From assembly GCF_030144855.1 (NCBI RefSeq), contig NC_082714.1:93310001-93374000 (forward strand): a stretch of DNA of 64,000 nucleotides, in the 5' to 3' direction. The notes below the pieces were generated by a model. The model saw only the letters and a program-made list of their open reading frames with translations. It did no database searches and had not been told where the DNA came from. Source of the DNA: Hypanus sabinus. Taxonomy: Eukaryota. Shown here piece by piece: positions 26,380 through 38,600 of the stretch. Position 1 is the first letter of the stretch, and every line of letters starts with the position of its first letter. Position numbers and translations under genes: made by a program.

Positions 26380-29300
26380 TTGAGGATTGAGGATTGTGGC
26401 GCATTAAGTTTGGCTTTAGAATCAGATGAAAGTGAAGGAATATTCAGATTCTTTAAAAATTGATCAGCACAGATATTGTCATTCAAAGATTCAGAGGAAT
26501 AAAGCCTAGAATAAAAAAAAAATTAAATGCGTCATTAATTTCTAAATGATCCGATGTAAAGTCTCGTTCCCCTTCTGGATCCTTGTAATATGCTGTTTGG
26601 CTTTGGAACGCCTCAGCTGATTGGCTAGGAATTTACCAGACTTATCCCCATGAATGTAAAAGCGACTCTTGCTTTCGAGAAGTTGGCGTTCGACAGGTTG
26701 AGTAGACAGAAGATTAAATTTAGTTTGGAGTTCAACACGCTTCTTGTATTGTTCAGGGTTCTTAGTTTGAGAGTTTCTTTAATCTAGTTAATGAGGTCTA
26801 ATCGATCTGCACAGGATCTTCTGTTGAGGTTTGCTGTGTAAGAGATTATTTGACCCCTCAGTTATGCTTTCATGGCATCCCAGACAATCCGGGATGACAC
26901 TTCAGGTGATGTATTAGTGTTAAAATAAAAGGTTATCGGATCCTTAATAAATTTTAATAAATCATCATCCGATAATAAAGTTGAATCAAACCGCCAGTGT
27001 TTATTCCTCTGAGGGAGACCAGGAAAGTTCAGCGAGAGAGTAATTGGGGCATGGTCAGAAATCAGTATACTCTGATAGTCACAAGAGTAGGCCAGTGGAA
27101 TAAGTTGGTTATCGAGTAAGAAATAGTCAATTCTAGTGAAGGTATGGTGAACATGTGAAAAAAAAGAATAATCTCTCTCAGTAGGATGAAGGAAACGCCA
27201 TATGTCAGAGATACCAAAATTAGAGAGGAACGATTGGATAGCTAAGGCAGATTTAGTAGGTGATCTGGTAACAGAGGACGATCGAACCAGATTAGGATCT
27301 AACCAACAGTTGAAGTCGCCACCCAGTATAAGAGAGTATGAGTTTAAGTCTGGTAGTGAGGAAAAAAAAAAGTTCAAAAAAATTAACATCATCAAAGTTG
27401 GGGGCATGCAAGTTTGCTAGTACAACCTTAGCGTTGTATAGTTTACCAGAAACAATAATAAAACGGCCATTTGTATCAGATATTTTATTATGGAGTTCAA
27501 AAGGAATATTTGAGTTAATAAGAATGGAGACTCCCCTAGCTTTAGCGGCAAAGGATGAATGAAAAAGCTGACCTGCCCACTTTGACAGAAGCCAGGAGTT
27601 ATCAAAACAACGAATTTGAGTTTCTTGAAGGAAAGCAATGTCAGCTTTGAGTTGTTTAATATGTGAGAATACCTTCCTCCTTTTAACAGGGTGACTCAAT
27701 CCCTTTACATTCCAGCTCACGAATTTAAGTGCACTAGCCATTATCAATTACTAATGCATAAAAGACAGCAGGCATATAAAAAATCAAGCAATACAATAGC
27801 AGTCTGGGAGCAGAAATGTAAACATAGATTCGTGAAATCAGAACATAAACCTGTCCTGAGCAATAAAGACAAACAATAAATACAGTGAGTGATGTTGGAA
27901 CTGGAAAACCACCCCACCCACACAACCCAAAACTAGACGGCTACCAAATAAGCAGCTTGCTCTACCAAAATAATTAACCCAAATATAACTTCCAGATCTG
28001 CGTCATTAACAGCAGTTCCGTATAAATACTATAGCAAATAGTAACCAGTTTATGCACTAGAAAACATAACTACAAATTAGAACATCTTCTGCAGAAATAT
28101 AAAACTTAATACAGAGAAAATCGGAAGAGAACCAAAACTAACCTACCCGCGAAAAATTATGGAAGAATAAAGTAAGAGAAAGGGGAAAAAAGGGAGGAAG
28201 GGGAAATTTATAGATTCAAGAAGAGTACTTATCAACCATTTACAGAGAAGAAAAAAAATCAAAGATTAAAAAAAAGGTGAAAAAATAGATAAAAAATATA
28301 AAAAAGAATCAGCAGTTAAACTGCGAACCAACAAACAGGGAGGCCTTCAATAAAGACTTCAAACCTCCAAAACAAGTTAGAGTCAATTGTAGAACTCTAC
28401 AGATAAAGTTATACAAGAATAAAATAGATTACACAAGTACTATTTAAACGTCCATAGAGTAAAATTAAGCACAGAATGACTACTTAAAAAGAGAGACCAA
28501 ATCCAGGGAGAGATTGTCAACAGCCCTTAGAGTTTCAATAAATAATGTCTGAGTGATTCAAGTAAAGTCTGAGTCCAGAAAAAAGTAATTTTACTACGAG
28601 AAGTACTTATCCACAATTTTAGGAGGTCCGATCGGGTTCCGAAGATGGCTGGATAGCCGGAAGACTTGCAACAAATGCCTCAGCCTCCTTCACTGACTTA
28701 AACCACTTATATTTTCCAGTATTAAGCGTGATTCGTAAATCGGCAGGAGTGCGGAGAGGGTTTAAAACTACGATCAAAAAGCACTTTCATTACACCTTTA
28801 AACTCAGCGCGCATCTTTAAGGTCTGGGTTGCAAAATCTTCCACAAAGCGAATGATTGTATTTTGGAAAGTAAAAGTACCTCTGCGACGTGCCTCCATAA
28901 TCAGACGGTGTTTTACCTGGTATTGAGGAAAGCACAAAATTACCGGTCGCGGGCGGGAGTCCAGAATTCCGGAGGGAACGTAGACCCTGTGTGCCCTTTC
29001 GAGCTCAGGCGGGTTCGGAAGCAAATCTTCCCCGAATATCTCACAGAGAAACTCGGCGAAAAACTTCACGGTTGATCCCTGTTCGGTGGCCTCTGGCAAC
29101 CCCAGGATTCGAAGGTTACAACGTCTGCTGCGATTTTCGAGATCGACCATTTTGGAAAGGAGTTTATTATTTTTTTCTTCTAGGCTGGAACAGAGAGTCT
29201 CCAAGTATCGAACACGACTTTCTAAATCTTCAGAAGTCGAATCGATACGAGATAAGTGTTGAGCATTTTCGTCCACTCTATCGTTGATCCGATCCAGTTT

Positions 29301-29584
29301 GGCTTCCAGCTGTTTGAAAGCAGTTCTAAATTCCTTTAAAATATCGTCTCGATGCTGTTCCAGCGCAGTGAGGGTTTCAGAAGACAGAGCTGGAACTTCC
29401 TTTCTCCTGGTTTTACAACTCTTGCTAGACATGGTAAGGTAGATGTGTTCACAGGCAAGTAAAAGAAACCAAATAAAGTTCCTAATTAAGGTTTAAAAAA
29501 TGGAGACATTTAGTGCAAAGATAGCGAAAACAACGAAACAGAAGTTCGGAGTAGCTAAGCAATCGCCATCTTACCGGAAGTTCG
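26380..29584 (-). mobile_element. L1 LINE 5' portion (5' UTR, ORF1, ORF2 endonuclease), 3'-truncated
   Basis: ORF1 28722-29432 ('DLENRSRRCNLRILGLPE...ERAHR...RPRPVIL'); ORF2 endonuclease 27292-27747 ('SWNVKGL...FLQET') frameshifting into 26862-27407 ('LGGDFNC...RIDYF...SDHAP'). Confidence 0.93.
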
Positions 29585-30941
29585 TTAGATATAACTTTTA
29601 AGGATATACTTTCATCAACGAAAAGAGGATTCAGCACTCCACGGTAGCATGTGGAACATTGCTAGCATATACAAACCACTAATCTTCAAGGAAAACACAA
29701 CCCAGAAAGATGAGGAAATTGTCAGCATAGAAGAAAGGTTTAACCAATTGAAGAGCATGAACCTCCATGGAACACTTCCCACGATCGGAGCCGAGTAGAC
29801 GTCGACAAAGAATCGTCGAATGCCTGACTCGAAGATGAAGACCGCTTCCCAGGAACAGAGGAACTCTTTGTGGCATAAATGCCGACTATGCCAAGAGGAA
29901 GCAGGAATATTACAAAACTTCACAGGTCTCTGCAGCAGCTGAACTCAGTCTTGCTACCTACCCCGGCACAATCAAGTGACAAACGTCATTCACTAAAATC
30001 TCGCTCGAGAAACTAAAATTATAAAAGACACTGTACCTTACCATTAAGGAAAATCTAATTCAGTTTTAGAGTCGGAACCCTTCAAATTATATAATGACTG
30101 AACGAGAGAAAATGTGCAGACGCTGGAAATAAAAATAATACACACAAAATGCTGATGAAGGGACTACACTGTTTACTCTTTTCCATAGACGGTGCCCGGC
30201 CTGTGAAGTTACTCCAGCATTTTATGTGTATTACTATCTGATGACCGATCCTTTATTACCGAAAGACCGATCCGAAAGAACCGACTGGATGTAATATTAT
30301 AGGACAAAAAGCAAACAAGCTATTTCAAGGTCTGATAACATACAGAAATTAATACGCGAAAATCACGAGATGTATGCTAAATTAAAAGAGGAAAATGGAA
30401 GTCTATGGTACATGAACAGGGTATACTAACCACAGCATTGAGAAGTAGGCATGCTTGACTATGCCAGTACCTCATATTTTACCAGCCTGAGTTGAGAAAA
30501 AGTAAAAATGATTAGATCTCAATAGTAAATCTGTCCCAATAGTAATATCTACAACTAGTTAATCCTACAGTCACTACACAATAGGATTAACCAATTAGGC
30601 CTGCATAAAAATATTTCTATAAATCCCCAGAAGGCGACAATGCAAAATACCTCTAGAAAGTTTCTAGCAATTGAGAAATAAATGTGCCTGGCTATGTCTG
30701 TATCTCAGGTTTTAACAGTGTGAGCTGGGGAAAAAATAGAACAACAATAATAGTAGAAGCAATATACACAGAGACACGACTAATAGCTGGAAACGCTTTT
30801 CCCAGGACTTCAGACATCCCATCCGTCAGGGACTTCAGTCTATTTCGCCCCACTCCCAGCCACAACTAAGTTCTGCGTCTCCTCTTCTAAACCCATTGGC
30901 TGCAATTATAACACAGAGCCTCAAAAAAGGGACTGCAGTAA

Positions 30942-31081
30942 CTATTCATAGTTATATGGATATGCCAGAAAAAAGAGAACACTCAGCAGATCTACAATCT
31001 TTAGGTGAGAGATTGAAGTAAAAATGAAGATAACCAGGATGACAAGGCGCTCAAGAAAGATCGGTCTGGGAAGATACCAGC
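30942..31081 (-). pseudogene. Candidate TM exon of opposite-strand paralog C (Arg in the TM)
   Basis: Acceptor 'attctctttctctag|', phase 1: GWYLPRPIFLERLVILVIFIFTSISHLKIVDLLSVLFFLAYPYNYE*. It lies 412 nt after the phase-1 C1 donor. Confidence 0.55.
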
Positions 31082-31493
31082 CTAGAGAAAGAGAATTGTT
31101 GCTTGGGGAAATCATAGCCTCCAAGCCTTCATTTGGTTGTCATGTGAATCACTCGAAGCAGATATACACTAATTCTAAAGAGGAAGAGAGAGAGCAAAAT
31201 AAATAAACGATCTCGTCAAGGACATCAGGCATTTAAGTAAAGGTTCACCTCCAGTTGCTCAAAGGGCTATTCGGATTGGGAAAACAATTATGGGGTTGGT
31301 GAAGATGAGCAAATCCTTAAATGAGTAAATACAGATAAATACTAACTGTGACGTTGATGAAATAGCGAGTTACTCCAGCTGACGTAACACCATAAGTCAT
31401 ATGAGCGGAATTAGACCATTTGGCCCATCGAGTCTGCTCTGGTTTTCCATCACAGATGAGTATCAATATTTTATGTGCAAAACGTCGTCTCAC

Positions 31494-31814
31494 CTTGATC
31501 TGATTCAATTGTATGTTGGAACGCGCTCTTGATTCTCGTTTTTCTCGCAACCACAAGTAGCACGATGCAGGCATAGTCTCCGCCATTCCTCCAGGATACC
31601 AAATGGATCATCACCTGACTTATAACACTATAGCTCTGTTCAGGATCAAGTGTGCCCGGATCGCTCCATCCTTCCATGATCTGTCCCGTTATGCTGCAGT
31701 AAAAGACAATTAGGACGCAAGAAAGGCCGCTGACAAGACGCACCAGGGGAACCGGCCTGTTACTCTCAGACGGCGGGACAAATACCAGGATGTAGCTCCG
31801 GTTGGTGGAGCTGT
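31494..31814 (-). pseudogene. C1-set Ig exon of paralog C (open frame, core residues mutated)
   Basis: Acceptor 'atcaatttctgtccag|', donor 'CAAG|gtgaga', 321 nt, phase 1/1. Reads DSSTNRSYILVFVPPSESNRPVPLVRLVSGLS...YCSITGQIMEGWSDPGTLDPEQSYSVISQVMIHLVSWRNGGDYACIV and aligns with the 48646 C1 (DP...DP...YSV.S...SWR.G...C). B-strand Cys>Arg and C-strand Trp>Cys. Confidence 0.85.
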
Positions 31815-31877
31815 CTGGACAGAAATTGATACAGCGTTAACCGCAGCTTCGATAGAAGCACATGGCTGATTATAATC

Positions 31878-32104
31878 CCGGATTTCCAGCACTGATGTGC
31901 GTCTTTTTGTATGTAGTCCTAGAGCCGGTCTGTCAGCAGTCGGTGAATTTGATCGCTACCGGGGTTTCGGCCGCACGCTGTTTGTACCACAGGATATTGC
32001 TCGCGGCCTCCAGTTTCTGCTTGTGTCACAGCTAAGTTCAACCGTCTGACCAACATCTACTGTCATTGCAGCCGGATTCGGAGAAAAGGGCTTGGGGCTT
32101 GCAA
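31878..32104 (-). pseudogene. Frameshifted, 3'-deleted V exon of paralog C
   Basis: Acceptor 'ataattccag|', phase 1: VASPKPFSPNPAAMTVDVGQTVELSCDTSR /fs/ LEAASNILWYKQRAAETPVAIKFTDC* /fs/ RRTSVLEIRD. The F/G strands and most of the V-C intron are missing. Confidence 0.82.
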
Positions 32105-32324
32105 CTGGAATTATTATCAGTTAGTCGGAATAAGCTACTACGAAATAGAAAGAAGTAGAAATTCGTTTCTATTTATTTGTTAAGGTATCTGAACAACATG
32201 GAAGGGAAGACGGACAGGAAGACATGGCACAGCCGGAAAGACATGGAAAGAGATGCAAGAGATGAATGGATGGGCGAAGAAAGGGAAAGAGTTAGAGACA
32301 GATAGGGACAGAAATTGCCTTAAA

Positions 32325-34620
32325 TACTCCCAACGACGTGGGCTCCACAGCTGCCTGTGGTAATAAATTCCATAACTGCACCACCCTCTGGCTAAAGAAA
32401 TTTCTCATCATCTCTGTTTTAAGTGGACACCCCTGAGGCTGTGCCCTCTTGCACAAGACTCCCCCATCATGTGAAACATGCTTTCTACATCTACTCTGCC
32501 TAGGCCTTTCAACATTCGAAAATTTTAAAAGAGATTCCCCCCTCCCACTACCTTCTACATGCCAGTGAATATAGATTCAGAGCGTTCCCCCTATGATAAG
32601 GCTTTCATTCTCAGTCATCCTTGTGAACCTCACTTGAACTCTCTTCAATGACAGCACATTTTCTTTCAGATGAGGAGCTCGAAGCAGTTTACAACACTCA
32701 AGATGAGGCCGCACCAGTGCCTTGTAAAGCCTCAGCATCACACCCCTGACCTCGTATTCTAGACCTCTTGAAATGAATGCTAAATTGCATTTGCGTTCCA
32801 CACCACCGACCCCACCTGCTGTAACGGTCCCTTCCGGCAATCGCCCACCTGGCTATTTTCCTCAGGAATTGGGCCTTAATCACCTCGTTGAGTTCCCAAC
32901 CATTCCTAGGTTCCACTAACTGCAAACACATGCTTTCCGACAGCAAATGCAGTATAAAAACCTCGTGACCACAACAAGGAGCTGCCAGTTCGTTGGTCGA
33001 GTCATGTACGAACAACCTTGTTCTATGGCTCTTAGGACTATCAGTTCTAAGTCTAGAATCGTTCCCGAAATCTCTACTGAAACCAAGACTCCGGGTAAAG
33101 ACTCCCTTGGCAACCATTCCGCGCCCGTGTTCAGCACTTGGGCTCGTTCCTTGCAACACCTGCACGTTAATATTTAGAGTTTTCTGCTCAATGGCTACCA
33201 AGGCCCTTTACATATCAGATTTTGGGATTTTTTTTCGTATTTAGAAAATAGTCTGCTCAATTATTTCTTCTGCATGTCCATGCATTTTTCAGCATTGTAT
33301 TTCATTTGCCACTTTCTTGCTCATTTTCACAATCTGTCTAAGTCCTGCAGCATACCTGTTTGCTCAACACTACCTGCAACTATACCTATCTTCGTAACAT
33401 CTGCAGAATTAGCAAGGAAGCCATCTATTCCGGAATCTTAATCATTAATATGGAGCATAAAACGAAGCCTTCCGAATACTGACCCCTGCAGAACACTACT
33501 AGTCACTGGCAGCCAAGGAATAAAAATTTCATTTTATTCCCTCTCACTGCCCTTGCCAATCATCCAATGTTGTAACCATGCCAGTAACCTTTCAGTAATA
33601 CTATGAGCTCTTAACTTGTCAAGCAGCCTCATGCATGGCGCCTTGTCAAAAGCCTTCTTAAAGTCCAAATATAAAAGATCCACCTTCTTTATCTATTCTA
33701 CATGTAATCTCATTATAGAATTTTAACAGGTTGGTCAGGCAAGAATTTCCCTGAAGGGAAGTCCTCGGGCAGCATGCCAGAGTTCATGATTTTTGCAAGA
33801 TGATTACTAATGCCTCCACAATGTCTACTGCTACCTCCTTCAGAACCCTATGGGGCAGTTCATCTGGCCCGGATGACTTATCTTAGTCGTTTCAGCGTTT
33901 TACCTTCTCCTTTGTAATAGTAACTGCACTCACTTCTCTTCCCTGCACCCTACAAAAGCTGGCACAGTGCTAGCGTCTTCCACAGTGAGGACAGATGCAA
34001 AATAAGCATTTGGTTCATCTATTATTATTTCTCTGCACTCATTTTCCCATCGGTCTTATATCAACTCTCACTTCATTCTTTTTTACATATTTCGGAAAAG
34101 CTTTTACTAAACACTTTGATATAGTTTGTGAGCTTGTTTTTATTTTTCATCTTTTCTCACCGAATGATGATTTTCATTGCTCTCTTGGTTTTGAAGTGCT
34201 GCCCAATCGTCTGTCTTCTCACAAATTTTTGCTTTGTGATATGCCCTCTCTTTTACTTTTATATTAGCTTTGACTTCCCTTGTCATCCCAGGTTGTGCTA
34301 GTTTTCCAAATGACTATTTATTTATTGTTGGATTACATCTATCCGACATCTTTCCCATTTTTCCCCAGAATCTCACACCACTGATGCTCTGCTGGCATCT
34401 CCTTCCAATCTACTTTGGTCAACTGCTCTCTAATACAACTGAAATTTCCTCTACTCCACTGACAACTGCCAACCACAACCATCCTTCAGCCACGATTTCA
34501 GTGATGGTCACAACATCATACATGACGATCTTCAATCGTACAGCAAGATCATCCACTTTATTTTTTTATCCTCCGTGCATTGTGCCCCAGTGACTCCGTG
34601 TGTTAGATGTGGATATTTCA
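32325..34620 (-). mobile_element. Degenerate CR1 fragments
   Basis: 'LYKALVRPHLECC' (32577-32840), plus CR1 RT and endonuclease remnants; internally interrupted. Boundaries approximate. Confidence 0.75.
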
Positions 34621-35639
34621 ATTCCATTCACTGTATGCCTGCAACTCACTCGAGGCTGCTGGCTGATTAGGTGAATATTAGTTTTCTCAAAATAAGCTTT
34701 CCCCGGAAATTTAAAAAATTCAAGAATAAACCATCCAATATCTTCTTATTCTCACATTCCTAATCAATGTTTTCACTGCTTCTCTATCACATTCCTTTAA
34801 AACCAATTGGACTGTGGGCACTTATGTGGCCCCCTGGGGGTTGTATAGTTCTAAGCAAGTGAGGGGCTGACTCATCCAATCCGCATCCTCTCTCCAGCAG
34901 CGGTAGAACCCCACAGTGTGGTCCTCCCCTTCTGAGCTCTTGTGGTAACGGCTTCATTTTCAGTGTGTCACTTAGTATCTACCCCTGCAACCTGGTGTGC
35001 ACTAGTCTATTATTTCCGATTTACTGGGACTGAGTTACTTTCATTGGTGCATTTGAACACCAGCATCTTTCCGAGTCCGTTGTGATAGACTAGATGAAAC
35101 AAGGATGGTACATTTAGTCCCGATTCATCAATAAACTACGTGGGATCTACGCAAGGCAGCCATGGATACTATTTTAAAATGTTTGTAGACTTATTTATTT
35201 TTCAGCAAATTTGAAAGCCACACTTGTCTAGAGGGCATTCGACCTCGTGTCTTCGTGGCAGCAGCCGGGCCTGGTAGCTCTCCGGAACAGATCTCATCAC
35301 GCGGCACTATCTTGGTTTCATCTGATCATCTGGACCACTCCTTCGATAGCCTGCTCCAATCATTGCCATCCCGCTGCCATCAGGATGACTGCGTGTTCCT
35401 ACCTCCGAAATCAACAGATCTATCGCCACGCCCCTTCTGACAAACTTCAACCGACCCCTGCAGTCAGATCTCCTGACAGCTGTCACTACAAGAATCTTAT
35501 CTCTTGTTTCACTTGGGGTATAGTTTAAAAGTAGTAGGTTACTAACGGCAAAATCCTTCATGGATATTTTAAATAAATTCTTTCTCAGTGAAAGAGATCA
35601 CATTGCACCCGCACAGTCAGTTTCGTAGAAAGAGGGGAA

Positions 35640-38600
35640 CATAGAAACATAGAAGAACTACAGCACAACACAGGCCCTTCGGCCCACAATACCATCCATC
35701 ATCTTATACATCTCTATCAGGTTAGCTCTCATCCTCCGTCGCTCCAAGGAGAGAAGGCCAAGATCACTCAATGTATTCTCGTAAGGCATTCTCCCCAATC
35801 TAGGCAACATCCTTGTAAATCTCCTCTGCACTCTTTCTATAGTTACAACATCCTTCCTGCAGTGAGGTGACCTGAACAGAGCACAATTCTCCAAGTGGAG
35901 TCAGACCAGGGTCCTATATAGCTGTAACAATAACTTTCGGCTCTTAAATTCAATCCTACTGTTAATGAAAGGTAATGCACCGATGCCGTCTTCACCACAG
36001 AGACAACCTGCACAGCAGCTTTAAGTGTTCAGTGGACTCGGTCCACAAGATCCTTCTGATCCTCCACACTGCCAAGAGTTTTGCCATTTATGGAGAGAGT
36101 ACAGAAAAGATTTACTAGGATGTTACCTGGGTTTCAGCACGTAAGTTACAGAGAAAGGTTGAACATGTTAGGCCTTTATTCTTTGGAGCGTAGAAGGTTG
36201 AGGGGGGACCTGAGAGAGGTATTTAAAATTATGAGGGGTATAGATAGAGCTGACGTCGATAGGCTTTTTTCCTTTGAGAGTAGGGGAGATTCAAACAAGA
36301 GGACATGAGTTGAAAGTTAAAGGGCAAAAGTTGAGGAGTAATACGAGGGGCAATTTCTTTACACAGAGTGTGGTAACTGTGTTGAGCGAGCTTCCAGTAG
36401 AAGTGGTAGAGGCAGGTTCGATATTGTTATTTAAAGTAAAATTGGATAGGTATATGGACAGGAAATGAATGGAGGGTTATGGGTTGAGTGCAGGTCGGTG
36501 GGACTAGGTGAGAATAAGCATCGGGCACGGACTAGAAAGGCCGAGATGGCCTGTTTCCGTGCTCTAATTGTTTTATGGTTATTAATACTATATTCTGTCA
36601 TCATATTTGACCTACTAAATTGAAGCGCCTCAGACTTACCGGGGGTGAACTCCATCTGCTATTTCTCAGCCCGGATTTGCAGTCTATGTTGTCCCGTTGT
36701 ACCCTCTGACAGCCCTCCACACGAACCTCAACACCCACACTCTTTGCGTCATCAGCAAATTTTCTAACCCATCCCTCCTCTTCCTCATGCAGATCAGTTA
36801 TAAGTCAAGAAGAGAAGGGGTCCCAGAACAGATCCCAGAGGCACAGCATTGGGCACCGACCTTCATGCAAAATATAACCCGTTTATAACCACTGTTTGCC
36901 TTCTGTTGTCAAACCAATTCCGGATCCACAAAGCAAGTTCCCCTCGGATCCCATGCCTCATTACTTTCTCAATAAGTCTTGCATGGCGTACCTTATCAAA
37001 TGACTTGCTGAAATCCGTATACACTACATCTACTGCTCTACCTTCATCATCATGTTTGGTCACATCCTCAAAAAAATCAATCAGGCTCGAGGTAAAATAT
37101 TCATTAAGTACTTCAGCTATCTCCTCCGGTTTCATACACACTTTTGTACTGTCACACTTAATTGGTCCTATTCTCTCATGATTATATCTGCTTGCTCGTC
37201 ACATATTTGTAGAATGCATTGGGGTTTTCCTTAATTCTGCCCGCCAAGGCCTTCTCACGGCCCCTTCCGGCTCTTCTAATATCCTTCTTAAGCTTCTTCC
37301 TAGGAGCCTTATAATCTTCTAGATCTCTAACATTTCCTAGCCCAGTGAACATTTTTTAAGCTTTACGTTTCTTCTTGATTTTCAGTAGCACGGTTCCTGT
37401 ACCGTACCATAACTTTCCTGTCTCATTGGAACGTACCTAAACAGAACACTACAAAAATATCCCCTGAATATTTGCCACATTTCTCCGGTAGATTTCCCTG
37501 AGAACATCTGTTTCCAAGTTTAGCCTTCAATTTTCTGCCTGATAGCCTCATAACTCCTCTTACTCCAGTTAAATGCTTTTCTAACTTATCTGTTCCTATA
37601 CGTTTCTGATTCTGTGGTGCACAGAGAGAATTTTGATCACAATCTCTAAAAAAACTCTCCCACTGAGAGATCCGACACCTGACCAGGTTCATTACACAAT
37701 ACCAAATCAAATACAGCTCTGCTCTTGTAGGTTTATTTACATACTCTATCAAGAAACTTTCCTGAACACACCTAACAAACTCCACTCCAACTAAAATCCC
37801 CATCTAGGGAGATGCCAATCGATATTTAAGAAATTCAAATTTCTCATCACGACAACTCTGTTATTATTACACCTTTCCAAGATCTGTTTCCCTGTCTGCT
37901 CCTCGATATGCTTGTTACTATTAGGCGGCCTATATAAAAAAAAACTGGTAAAGTTATTGACCCCTTCTTGTTCCTAGGCTCCAGCAACAGAGACTCTGTA
38001 GACAATCCCTCCATGGCTTCTATCTTTTCTGCCGCCGTGACATTAACTGTGTTCAACAGTGCCACACCCCCACCTCTTTTGCCTCCCTCCCTCTTCTTTC
38101 AAAAACATCTAAAACCCGGCAGCTGAAGTAACCATTCCTGTCCCTCTGCCATCCAAGTCTCGGAATGCCCAAGACAACATATCTCCAAGTACTGATCCAC
38201 GCTCTAAGCTCATCTGCTTTGTTCACAACACGCTTGCGTTAAAATAGACACTTCTCAAGCAGTCGGTCTGATCGCGTCCATTCTCTATCACATGCTTATC
38301 CTCCCTCACACACTGTATCCATGCTTTATCGATTTATGAGCCAACCTCCTCTTCAGGCTCGTCAGTTCGGCTCCCACTCTCCAACAGTTTAAACTCTCCC
38401 CATTTGCGTTAGCAAACCTCCCCGTCAGGATATTGTTTCCCCTGGGATTCAAATCCAACCCGTCCTTTTTGCATAGGTAACACCTGACCCAAAAGAGGTC
38501 TCAATGATCCAGAAATCTGAATCCCCGCCCCCTGTCGCAATCCCTCAGCCAAGCATAAATTACCCTGTTCATATCTTACTGCCACGTGGCACAGGCATTA

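Noticed and set aside
29600-29950. Peptide 'NIASIYKPL...EERFNQLKS' resembling a Gypsy RT-RNaseH connection
   Set aside because: Too short and degenerate to call.
30346-30428. 'EMYAKL' as the tyrosine exon of pseudogene A
   Set aside because: Weak acceptor, non-consensus motif and no linked TM exon found.
31494-32104. Processed (retro) pseudogene with V fused to C1
   Set aside because: The apparent 'RLRVTG' J-like end is an alternative frame of the C1 A strand. A true acceptor precedes 31814, and intronic donor and acceptor sites flank the unit, so this is a genomic deletion rather than retrotransposition.
32189-32244. Minus-strand leader candidate MSFRLCHVFLSVFPSMLF for paralog C
   Set aside because: The position is plausible, but there is no phase-1 GT donor and it lies in pyrimidine-rich low-complexity sequence that easily yields hydrophobic peptides.
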